Shown here in pieces: positions 21,981 through 32,289 of a stretch of DNA of 64,000 nucleotides. The stretch comes from Novakomyces olei. Lineage: Eukaryota. The notes below the pieces were generated by a model, which made no database searches, was not told the origin of the DNA, and saw nothing but the letters and a program-made list of their open reading frames with translations. Location of the stretch: contig JADEYG010000015.1 of assembly GCA_016906335.1 (NCBI GenBank), positions 248,001 to 312,000 on the forward strand, in the 5' to 3' direction. Positions within the stretch are counted from its first letter, which is position 1, and each line of letters begins with the position of its first letter. Made by a program: the position numbers and the translations under genes.

Positions 21981-23426
21981 CTAGGAAGCGGGAGCTGGTT
22001 TCCCGTCAATATTCAAATCGCTCAACTTGCTCAGTCCGCCGAAAAGCTGTTTCCCAGCGGCACTATTGCTTCGGCTTCGGCTACGGCTTCGGCTACGGCT
22101 ACGGCTGCGGCTTCTGCGCAACTTTGCTTCAGCTTCACGAGCCATAATACTCCTGACTGCGTCCAAAACGTTGTTGAAAACATACTTGGCCGGGTACTTT
22201 TCCGAATTCTCAGCGTCTCGGAACACTCCTGTCTTTACGAGCACCGACTCCCACCCATGAGCATTGGCTCCACGAATATCGCTCTCGGGATTGTCCCCGA
22301 CCATATAAATATGGGATGGTTCTCCACCAGGAGCATCAGCGGCAATGCCCTGATGCTCACGGCGCCACTGTGTAAGCACTGACGTGGCATAGTCATACGT
22401 ACTGGCATAGGGCTTTCCCAGCTGAGTGCACTTTAAGGGTTTTCCGTTCGTGGCCTCCTCGTACAGTGTCTCGATACACTTTCTCAACGCTCCCATTCCG
22501 AAGCGTGGGAGGGAGTATGGAGTAGCCCACACGACATCGGGATTAGAGAAATAAATGGGCGGACCCTGATCAAAAGTTTTGCTTACTGTGCCCATAACGC
22601 CATCGACGGACGAGAGCAGCTCCAATATGATTTGCTGATCGCTCGCCCAGTCACGTGAATCGGCAAAAACGAAAATGGCTTCAATGTGTGTCTTTGAAAA
22701 ATCACGTGGTCGAGAGTGCTTTAATTCCTCCGGGGTCAACTGCCGAAAGGGGGCCACGCTCGGCTCCCACGCAATAATATCCCCGGGGATAACAACGTCC
22801 TTGAAGCCATAGTTCTTCGCAATATGCCGGCAAGCGTCGCCCTCGCCACCGACAACGAGTACGGTATTGTACTCCTCCGCATAAGCACGCATTGGCGTAT
22901 GTGATTGGATAAACTGGGACGTGGAGACAGGGATCCCGAGTTTGGAGGAGAGGTCTCGGCAACGGATCTCTTCCAGTTTACCACCACCATTAGTGAGGAA
23001 AATATAAGGCACTTTGACTCCGTCCGCGTTTGCACCGTTCAGGATACTCAGAGCAGTACGCGCCTCGGGGATAGGTGTTCCTCCACGTAAGAGGACGCCA
23101 TCAATATCGAACGCAAACGCGTAGTCGACCGCGGTCATATCCTCATCTTCATCGTAATCCTCATCTTCTTCTGCCATTGTATCCAAATCACTCTCGTCCT
23201 CTTCACTAGAATGTGCTGGGTCACGTGCTTCATTCACGTCTACAGTACGACGCGCTTCTGCAATTTCTTCCGCAATCGACCGACGTGTAGATCGGCGACG
23301 GAGATGGTGACGAGGGTTTTCTGGTGCTGAAAGACCGGAGGGAGGTGTCCCTGCGGCAGTGTCCTCTGTCACGACGGCAGGCTTGCTCGCCGATTCAGCC
23401 GCGTCTGATTTAATGGTATCCGCCAT
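21981..23426 (-). CDS. HAD-superfamily subfamily IIA hydrolase (Ykr070w/CECR5-like)
   Basis: Motifs FAFDIDGVL, FLTNGGG, FSNPD, LGKP and MVGDNPESDIRGAN. Confidence 0.9.
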   Translation of the reverse strand: MADTIKSDAAESASKPAVVTEDTAAGTPPSGLSAPENPRHHLRRRSTRRSIAEEIAEARRTVDVNEARDPAHSSEEDESDLDTMAEEDEDYDEDEDMTAVDYAFAFDIDGVLLRGGTPIPEARTALSILNGANADGVKVPYIFLTNGGGKLEEIRCRDLSSKLGIPVSTSQFIQSHTPMRAYAEEYNTVLVVGGEGDACRHIAKNYGFKDVVIPGDIIAWEPSVAPFRQLTPEELKHSRPRDFSKTHIEAIFVFADSRDWASDQQIILELLSSVDGVMGTVSKTFDQGPPIYFSNPDVVWATPYSLPRFGMGALRKCIETLYEEATNGKPLKCTQLGKPYASTYDYATSVLTQWRREHQGIAADAPGGEPSHIYMVGDNPESDIRGANAHGWESVLVKTGVFRDAENSEKYPAKYVFNNVLDAVRSIMAREAEAKLRRSRSRSRSRSRSRSRSNSAAGKQLFGGLSKLSDLNIDGKPAPAS

Positions 23427-25194
23427 TTTTGCAGTGTCTGGCTTTTATATAAATGAGGCCAACAAGGTAAAATTGAGTCGTAAAGTTTGAGTGTAAACTG
23501 AACTGGTCTGGTTCAATTTGAACTGTTGCTTCAAAATAATAAACCAAGCAATTAAATCTCAAAAAGGCCTTTTAATAATGCAATGTAGTTTTCTTGCGGA
23601 AAGTCCAGTTTGAGTTTTCACAGGTTTGCAGGGTCAGACCGCCTGTTCTTTGCCAAATTGTGTAGTGAGGAGGGGAGCAAACAGAGTATCTGCTTACGCA
23701 AGGTTAGTCACAGTCAAGGCACAATTGATGGATGTAATTTCCGCAAGCGTAGAGGCTGAGACCCGTTTGGCACAGTATTGATTGGGCTACAAACGTTTGA
23801 TCGGGGAACGGCAAGAGCGGTCACTCGTCAGGATACTGTTTGTTTGTTTAGAACGAGAACATGAATATATTTCCGAAAATACTGAGAAAAGAAAAAGAAA
23901 AATTTTGTGGCAGGAACGGCAGAGACCAGAGAGGACAGCCTTACTCAAAGAATTAAACGCCAATCTCGCTGGCAGAAAGAGCAGAAAAAGCAATTCAACT
24001 TTGCTCTGCTGGGGCGTTGGACGGAGAAAACGTTGGCTCAAGTATCGGTCGCTTCCTAAATGACAGAGTACTGTGTGTGTAATAGATCAATTTCCCGGCA
24101 GCAGTATTACATGAATATTCTATTTGGCAGCAACGTTACTTTGATGTTTTTTGTTTGTTTGTTTAAGGTACACTGTGTGGTGATTTACGATCGGGGACAG
24201 GAATCGTATAACGCTGCCTATTGAATCGTGGTGAGAAGCGGACCAAAAAATTAAACAAAAGGATGTATGAAATGGAATAAAATAGAGTCAGAATCAAACT
24301 GGACTAGAATAAATTGAACAAACTAATCTTGTAATTTGGTTCATATACACACAAATGAAGGATGGCATTAGGATAGATCAGCAGCTCAGATGGCTGTAAG
24401 CTAGAAATGGATGGATAAACGCCTCACTGTAAGAGGTAGACGTTGCAAAGTACGGAGTATAAAGAAAACAAAGTTTCGTCTTGTTCTAAAACACACTCAA
24501 GAGGCAATGAAAGGCAGACGCGTAAATTATTGCCCAACGATATGCGTCAGACATGGCAGAAATGATCTGTACGAGCGGTGAAAAGGCAAACATAATTGAA
24601 ACAAGCGTCAAATTAGCATCAGTGGCGTTATAGCAACTCGGCTTTGACCCGCGTCACCCCACTTTCTAAGCAATTAATACTTATAATTGATACTACACGA
24701 CTTGCATACTATTTGGTGCTTGAATTTAAAAGAACTGGATTTCTTTCCTCTCCCTGACCGAGAACAGTTTGGCGTTTACTGACTACACTGTTCTCTTCCC
24801 CTCTATTGCCTATTTAATGCTCCGTCGTCATTTTCGCCATGTGCAGTACGGTTATTAGAGTTTAGTGCGTCCATTGGTCTATGAAACAGTGGGCAATAAG
24901 AAAAGCGCATTAAACCATAACGAAAACTTGTACAATGAAAAATACGCCATCTCTATATATTATTCTCCGCCGCGTCGCCAAGTAATGGAAAAGTCGGCGT
25001 TAAGCCCGGCCCGATATTGTGATACCGGCAACTGTAACTGCCGCTTCTCCCTGTAAAAAGTGGCAGCAGTGCCGAGTGCGCACCTATCCCAATCCCCAGC
25101 AAGCAGACTGCGAGTGTTGTTAGGCTTTTACGTACAAGTGCCTGAAACAAGAACCGTTGAAGAGTAGAGAAAGCGGATATTCTATCCAATCAGA

Positions 25195-25944
25195 ATGGGC
25201 GACTGCTGTAAGCAAGGCGCCACGCACAATTCTGCAATAACCGGCAAGGAAGCCACACTCGGAGGACTGCAGACGTACGTTTCAGAACCGGCAAAGCCCT
25301 CAAATCGCGCAATTGTAATTTATAGCGATGTATTTGGGTGGACTTTCCCGAATGCGCGTATAATGGCTGACGAATTCGCTCAGGCGACAAACTCTACAGT
25401 TTATTTGCCCAATATTTTTACGACGCCACCCGCTCCCGCAGATGAGGAGGCCCGAAAGTCCTGGGACTTGGGTGCCTTTCTAGCCAGCAACGATAGAAAA
25501 GCAGTTTTGCCTCTTTCTACTGAATTTGCAAAGGCAGTACGTGCAAAGCATGAACGGGTAGCGGCCGCAGGGTTTTGCTATGGAGCCTATATCGTCTGGT
25601 ACTTGAGCAGCAGGGAGAGCCAACTAGTGGACGCTGGCATTGTTGCCCACCCGACTCCAGTGCCTCCGCTTACACCAAACTTTCCTGCTGACGTTGAGGC
25701 AACTGTATGCCCGCAGCTGTTTCTGTTTGCCGAGCATGATCCCATACTGGGCGACGAAGGTAGGCAAAAGCTGATTGCTATCGCCGAGAGCCGAAAAGGA
25801 GGTGATGACGTTATTGAGTATGAAATGTTTGACGGTGTCTCCCACGGATTTGCCGTGCGTAGCGATCCGAGCGACAAAGTCGCTTTTGCAGCTCAACAGG
25901 CAGCTCGAGAGCGCGCTTTTGCCTTTGTGAACAAGTACCTGTGA
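25195..25944 (+). CDS. Dienelactone hydrolase family protein (Aim2-like)
   Basis: N-terminal CC, nucleophile elbow GFCYG, catalytic Asp (AEHD) and His (VSHGFAVR). Confidence 0.88.
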   Translation: MGDCCKQGATHNSAITGKEATLGGLQTYVSEPAKPSNRAIVIYSDVFGWTFPNARIMADEFAQATNSTVYLPNIFTTPPAPADEEARKSWDLGAFLASNDRKAVLPLSTEFAKAVRAKHERVAAAGFCYGAYIVWYLSSRESQLVDAGIVAHPTPVPPLTPNFPADVEATVCPQLFLFAEHDPILGDEGRQKLIAIAESRKGGDDVIEYEMFDGVSHGFAVRSDPSDKVAFAAQQAARERAFAFVNKYL

Positions 25945-26467
25945 TTCAACTACGGGCTCAATTTATTCTAGAGTTTACTAGTGCTTTGTGTCGAATACAT
26001 TAATTTCTTTGATTCTGAAAGTATCGTTCAATGGCAGTACCTTCTCCATCAGCCTATGCTTTCCTACCGAGTCCCGCGATTGTAATTACGATATGCGATT
26101 CAATAGGACGAATATAGTATAAAGTCTGTCTGAAATAGTAGCAAAATCTCCAATAATGGCAAAATCCCCGTCAGCGCCACGTGTTCTTTTGAGCAGAATT
26201 CAGTTAGTGTCATACTCCATATCTGCCAGAAACTACGCAAACGAAAATCAATCTAGTTTGATACCATCTACATATTTAATTGCAACCTATATAATTGGTA
26301 ATCTACAGCATATCAAGTGCACGTTTTAAGATACAATTTAAATCAAAATCAATTAAAAATCATTGCGTGTCTGTCATGTCTCATAGCGACCATGAAATGA
26401 AGCCGAAGCGATGATGCAGTAACGAGAATAAACAGTTTAATCTGAAGTGACGTCCAAGTTGTTAAGC

Positions 26468-26671
26468 TTAGGCGTTGTCCTTCATGCGGCTGGCCTTGTC
26501 GCCGAGCTCTTGAGTGGCTGACTTGTCGTCATCGGAGGTGAACTGCTTAGCTACGCTCTCGTAAGCGTTGGTGGCGCTCTCCTTAGCCTTGTCAAGAGTG
26601 CTTTTCGAGCTGTCAGGAGTGACCTTCTCCTCGAGCTTGGTAGAGAAATCTTTGCGTCCAGTATCCGACAT
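26468..26671 (-). CDS. HSP12: Heat shock protein 9/12 (hsp9-like, 67 aa)
   Basis: N-terminus MSDTGRKDFSTK...TPDSSKST is characteristic of the HSP9/12 family. A TATAAAT lies about 80 bp upstream. Confidence 0.9.
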   Translation of the reverse strand: MSDTGRKDFSTKLEEKVTPDSSKSTLDKAKESATNAYESVAKQFTSDDDKSATQELGDKASRMKDNA

Positions 26672-26819
26672 GTTTAATAGAGTTTGTTGTTTTCAAGTAT
26701 TTGTTTCTTGAATTTGATAATTGTATTGTCAGCGAGGGCTCAGGCTCCCTATTTATAGACTAATCAATATGGAACGATGACATAATAGTGATGCGGTAAA
26801 GTTTCCTCCCCGCACGATT

Positions 26820-26868
26820 AGAACGTTCCAGGCTTCTCATCGCGCGCACGCGCGTAGAAGGCGCGTGC
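26820..26868. promoter_or_regulatory. Heat-shock-element-like nGAAnnTTCn plus a GC inverted repeat in the HSP12 promoter
   Basis: AGAACGTTCC at 26820-26829 and GCACGCGC-N7-GCGCGTGC at 26846-26868. Confidence 0.35.
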
Positions 26869-27859
26869 ACATTGGGATCACGCGTCATAGTATAAGGTTT
26901 ACAGCATAATATGATGTCATTGTCAAAGCAGATAGTTTCCGTTTTTGGACACCTACGTATTTCGTTTTCTATGGCATGAGCAGCCAAACACGTCATTCAT
27001 TTGCTGGAATGACACGTTGAAATCACGAATGTTGAGATCGAATGAATGAATGAAATTTTGTGGAGAAATGATAAAGAAAAGAATCTGGTTCCGGGATATG
27101 ACACGAGTGTGGAAATAAGAGTATATGCGTTAGATGGCTTAGCCTATGAGCGAATAGTGACGGATAATATATGAATCTCTCCACTGTAGAAAAGCTTAAA
27201 TTATTATGAAGCGAGTAAGCGAGGCTGGGGAGATGCGCGCCTGTGCTTGCGTAATACCATTTCCATCTAGATACTCGCAAGTTTTTGAAATTGTGTCACA
27301 AAAACTATCTTCATTGTGTATACTATGTGGTTCGTTGCCCATTCATTATTCTCCTACAATTATGAAGACTCAACATACGATTCTTCAGGTATAATATGAA
27401 TAATGTATTTTGGACAGAATAATGTATATACTGCGTACCTTTTTTCCAACTCGTGTTTAATGGAAAGTAGTACACCTGTCTATTCGTAATTTGATGACAA
27501 TTGCAATCTATCGCCGTTACAAACTCTACGCAAAATAAAACCAAGCATTATTAATATAATATTTACAATATGACAGTTATTTGCACATAAGCGTCGTTGC
27601 ATACTGCATTGCAAATGCATGGTGTAATTTGACTTTTGAACCTTTTATTAATTATAATATTTACATTTGTTTAAAAGTCAATAGGACCAAGTCGGCGTTA
27701 GTTTAGTGGCGTCGAAAACGACGAGCATTCGTATTGCCCTCTCTTTGTCTTGCGCCGTATGCGTAAACTCAAATATAAACGTCCATTTATACATCTAGTG
27801 AACACCCATTGATGGAAATTATTGAAGTTCCATCACAATCTGCAAACCAAAACAGATTT

Positions 27860-28818
27860 CTAAGTCTCCACTTCACTTCCGTACCGCTGTAGTAATCGCT
27901 GCTGCCGTCGAGCAACCAATACCTCTTCAATGTCGTTTTGAGACGGCACCTGTGGCATTGGCGGTATCGGCTGCCAGTCTTCCTCATGACCTACGCCTTC
28001 TTCGCCTGCCGTGTTTACACGGGATACCTGCTCTATTCCATGTTCATGTTCTATCAACTCTGGGGGGTCTGTAGAGAACCCGAAATAATCTGCATCCAGG
28101 CCGAGCGCAAGTAGCTTCTTCTTCCGCTGCCTTTCTTGTCGAGTCCTCTCAGCTGCAGCGGCCGCTGGAGCTGCTTTTTTCTCCAGTATTTCCTTGACTC
28201 CAGGCAGTTCGCGAGCTCTACCATAATACCGGTACCCACGGCCATTTTCATCGTCTCCTATACGCGCAGCTGCCGCATTCAAAGCAGCTAATCCTCCTCC
28301 TCCACGTGTATAATTTGGGCCGCCGATATTACGCAGTTGAATCTCCCATACAGTGCGTTCGCGCTGAAGACGATTGATCGAATCGTTCAAGTCGCGTATT
28401 TGGTATTCGGATAATGTCGCTATTTTATTAGCTTTCAATCCGTCAATCTAACTGACTAATTCCAGTAAAAGTTTGATTTCGTCTGTGTTTTTTCCTCCAG
28501 TCCAACTTTTTATTACGTTTATGAACAAAGCCAACGATTTTCGATAAAATTCAGAATTCGAAATAAATAGATAAAAGAGCAGCTTACGATCGTGGATGCG
28601 ATTGACTTTTTGTGAGATTTCCCGCACTACTTGAGCCCGCCACTTCTCACAGTCCGCGATAGATTTGATCGATGTTATATTGTGCGGCCGCCGCTCTGCC
28701 CCGGAAAGTATTCCCATTTCTGCCGCCTGCTGCTCGCGAAAGCGATACAACTAAAAATCAGCTTTATAAATTGAGCGCCAAGTACCATTGACTGCGCTTT
28801 TTCCTGATTGCGCGCCAT
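27860..28818 (-). CDS. ISY1: Pre-mRNA splicing factor Isy1 (NTC), 3 exons
   Basis: MARNQEKAQSMLYRF, CEKWR.QVVREIS, EYQIRDLND.IN.L.RE and GYRYYGRARELPGVKE. Introns at 28785-28751 (35 nt) and 28587-28420. Confidence 0.94.
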
Positions 28819-29038
28819 TTTGGAAAGGGTTGGACCTTCAATCAAGATCAAACTTGTAGCGTGTAGTAATGGCTGCCTGCCTGGATAAAGAAGAAAATAT
28901 ATTACTATGGAGAATATACATAATAAAAGTATTGTATGGACTCGTACTGCGCTACATTTCCTCTGCAATAATAGTGCCACTGCAGCCAGAGTAGAGAAGA
29001 GTAACGAAACGTCTATAATTGACTCATCGTCGGCTGAT

Positions 29039-30063
29039 ATGGCGGCGGTACCAGAACGGCAGTTCTACCGCAAAGAGCGTAAGTCGCGAATTGGAGGTTG
29101 TGGCTTAATGTTTAGTCAATGCGGCTGGCGAGCAGGTTCATTCTACGAACCCAATGTATCTTATCGAGAAAATTACACGCGAACGCATTCTCGATTCTTT
29201 ATATTGGAAGGAGCAATGCTTTGGTCTGACAGGTATGCGATTGGACTTATTTTTTTAATTTTATATTAATCAGTTATTGTTATTACTGCTGACGTCTTTA
29301 TGGGTTTGAAACTGCGTTTTCTTTAAAGTCTAATACTTTTCTTGTTCAACCCAATCCTAACCCATATCAGCGGCGACTCTCTGCGATCGTGCTGCCGTGC
29401 TATCAAGCATTGGAGGACAGTATGGACAGCGCACAGCAGACTTTTTAAGCCTTGAGCTGAAACTGCTGCAGCTCAACCCTGGACCGGACATTATCCGTGA
29501 ATATTTGCTGGCTGATGACTTCAAGTATGAATTATTGAAAAATTTGAAATAAAAAGTAGAAAATAAATAACAAATATGAAGAAACAAGACGATTCGACAA
29601 AGAGACGCAAAACCAAACTGAAATGGGCCTAGAATATAATAAAATAAAGCCTTTAAACCAAACCAGCATTATTCTAAACTGCAGGTACCTTCAGGCATTG
29701 GCAGCTTTGCATGTTCGCTTAACTTGGTCGTCGCAGCAAGTTTACGCTACACTTGAGCCCATGCTGGAAGATTACCGCAAATTACGCTACCGCGGACATG
29801 GTAAGTGCCGACTATTCTTACCTCTAATCTTCGTATAGCGTCTCTTTGTCATTCTAACGAGTCTAGATGGCTACAGTATTCTGCACATCGATGAATTTGT
29901 GGACCAATTGCTTACGGAGGAACGTGTCTGCGATATTGCCTTGCCCCGGCTCACAAGCCGTGAAGTATTGGAAGAGCTTGATTTGCTCGATCCAAGAATC
30001 AGTCCGCTAGAGGCAGAACTCAATCCGGCACCGCCACTGGTTTCTGACAGTGACGACGAATAA
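29039..30063 (+). CDS. PRP38: Pre-mRNA splicing factor Prp38, 5 exons (missed by the ORF track)
   Basis: The spliced product contains NPMYLIEKITRTRILDSLYWKEQCFGLT, LKLLQLNP, DDFKYLQALAAL, LEPMLEDYRKLR and LHIDEFVDQLLTEERVCDIALPRL. Confidence 0.92.
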
Positions 30064-30561
30064 ACGATACCCAAAACTATATAGTGTGTAAAAGTGTAAA
30101 TATACGATTTGAGAATGAGTTGCGTGATGAAAATTAGCTCGTTTAAGCGAAGCCACTGCGCAGGCCATTGACGTCAGTTTTGAATATGAATCTTTAGATG
30201 CTTTCAGTGTTTTGTAATTTTTCTAATGGGTTTATTTCAAGTACTCCAGATGTCTTTGCCATTCTCTCGTTATATCGGTAGTGTATCAAACTAGAGTATA
30301 GAGCTATATGGTCTAGTATGGCGAGCAAACGTTGAATCGTCACGTGAATATTGAAATTATTACGAATGAAATACCAATTACTATTTAGAAATATCAATTA
30401 TAACGTACTGGACTGGCAGACTGGACAGGCTGCACGCGAAAACGCTCGTGTAGCGAATCGTATAAAACATCTCGAGCAAAGCTAAAACAAATACCAACAT
30501 ACAAATGAAAACAACAGTTCGCCCATTGGCGAGCAAATCTGGCCGGCCCTTCTGCCATAGA

Positions 30562-30912
30562 TCACGAGGACTCGGCCGCCTTGAGAATATTGACGATATT
30601 GACATATTCCTCCTTGGCACGCTCTGACGGAGTACCCTCCAGCTTCTTCCAAGCGTCCCACTGAACAAGATTAGTAAACCGACATTTCAGCAAGCAATCG
30701 CTACCTTGTACTTCTCCTGTTTGATTAGCCGATAGTTTATACCTCAAAACACTCACTTTGAAGGCCATTACACCAGACGGGCGCTGAGTCGTACAGTCGC
30801 CCAGAGTCGCCTGCTTATAGTATGCATAAAGCTTGAGCAAGTTATCGTCAGTGGGCTTTGTTTTGAGGCTGTGAACGTCCTCAGCAGCAGTCTTGAACTT
30901 TTCGTCGAGCAT
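30562..30912 (-). CDS. ACB1: Acyl-CoA-binding protein, 3 exons including a 12-nt microexon
   Basis: KPTDDNLLKLYAYYKQATLGD...FK-EKYK-WDAWKKLEG. Introns at 30756-30717 and 30704-30661. Confidence 0.92.
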   Translation of the reverse strand: MLDEKFKTAAEDVHSLKTKPTDDNLLKLYAYYKQATLGDCTTQRPSGVMAFKVSVLRYKLSANQTGEVQGSDCLLKCRFTNLVQWDAWKKLEGTPSERAKEEYVNIVNILKAAESS

Positions 30913-31178
30913 TTTCTCAGTTGCAAACGTGGCAGTGTGGAGGACGGCGTTTTCGAAACTTATTCGTTCACAGATCAGCATACATTTTAATTGCTATAAT
31001 TAGTCGCCGCCCGAGCAATTATTATTATTATTATTATTATTATTGAATAAAAAGATGATTGTACAATAAATACTGGACAAGGTTTAACTTTTTTTTTGTA
31101 TGGCGAAAATACATTTAACTAGTATAATAACTATTGGAATAAAGAGGGCTAAAAGTTATACACCGCAACTTTTTAATC

Positions 31179-31640
31179 ATGCCTCGCATTCACGACTTGT
31201 GCTCGCATTTACAAAATGCGGCGCGGGCGCGCAAAGCATTGACGCCTGTGCCTTCGAGTATGGCGAATCTCGGAGTCTGTCTTGAACTCTACCGGCAGGG
31301 TTTTCTCACGTCAATCCAGAGAGGAGACAAGGACGGGCCTGATGCTGCTTTTGTACCAACAACGCCAGCAAATATCGCATCGCGGCGCATTTGGGTCGGA
31401 TTAAAGTACCGCGATGCGTCTCCTGTACTCTCATCTTGCAGAGCTATTTCGACTCCGGGAGTAAAACGATGGGTCCCCTGCTCAGATCTGCGAGCTCTAC
31501 TTTCCGGGAACCGAGTACCTTACTTACCGCCCCTTCGTCCTGGAGAAATCATTGTCGTCAGCACGAGCCAGGGGATTATGGACGCTGCTCACGCAGTAGC
31601 ACTAAATACCGGCGGGCAGTTACTTTGCCGTGCTTATTAA
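31179..31640 (+). CDS. MRPS8: Mitochondrial ribosomal protein uS8m
   Basis: LCSHLQNA, N.ASRRIWVGLKYR and G.LLCR, as in the fungal mitochondrial S8 family. Confidence 0.9.
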   Translation: MPRIHDLCSHLQNAARARKALTPVPSSMANLGVCLELYRQGFLTSIQRGDKDGPDAAFVPTTPANIASRRIWVGLKYRDASPVLSSCRAISTPGVKRWVPCSDLRALLSGNRVPYLPPLRPGEIIVVSTSQGIMDAAHAVALNTGGQLLCRAY

Positions 31641-32289
31641 TTGGATACCATTGTGCATTAGAACCTGTGATCTTGCCCTATGCTTTTATCAAAAGGATCT
31701 TTTTTCAGCACTAGCGCACGTACAAATTAGCATACAAACAACCTGCACAATAGCAGGTGGCAGAATCAATAATCAAGATTAAATTAAAAAAATTAATTTA
31801 GATTAAATAAAAGATAAAATAAGAAAAGGTTATATAAAAAGAATAATTAAAAAAAAAAATAGATTAAAACAAGGTGTAAATGAAGCAGATGAAATGATTA
31901 ATGCACCGACGAGACTCGCGTTAAACCCTAAAGATTCATAAGTGGGCCTAAACTAGAAGATTATCCTACCACATAACAGACCAATGCTTGTTTTGTACAA
32001 AAACCTATCAAGACCAGTATTTACTAAATGTTTAAAGCTTCCTAACCAATGGCAAGTCTGTAGTGTGATTACACAAGGTCACCATTGACTAGTGCCGCTT
32101 CTCGATTATACACAGACATTTAATTACTATTGCTCTTCAACGATATAATTGATTGCCATATTCAAGTTCATTTGATATACATTTCTCATTTGCATCCTCA
32201 TTCATGATATCAAGAAGGATTACAAAACAAACATTAAGAATAAAATAATGATTAATAAAAAATCGATTATAATAGAGACACCAAATAAG

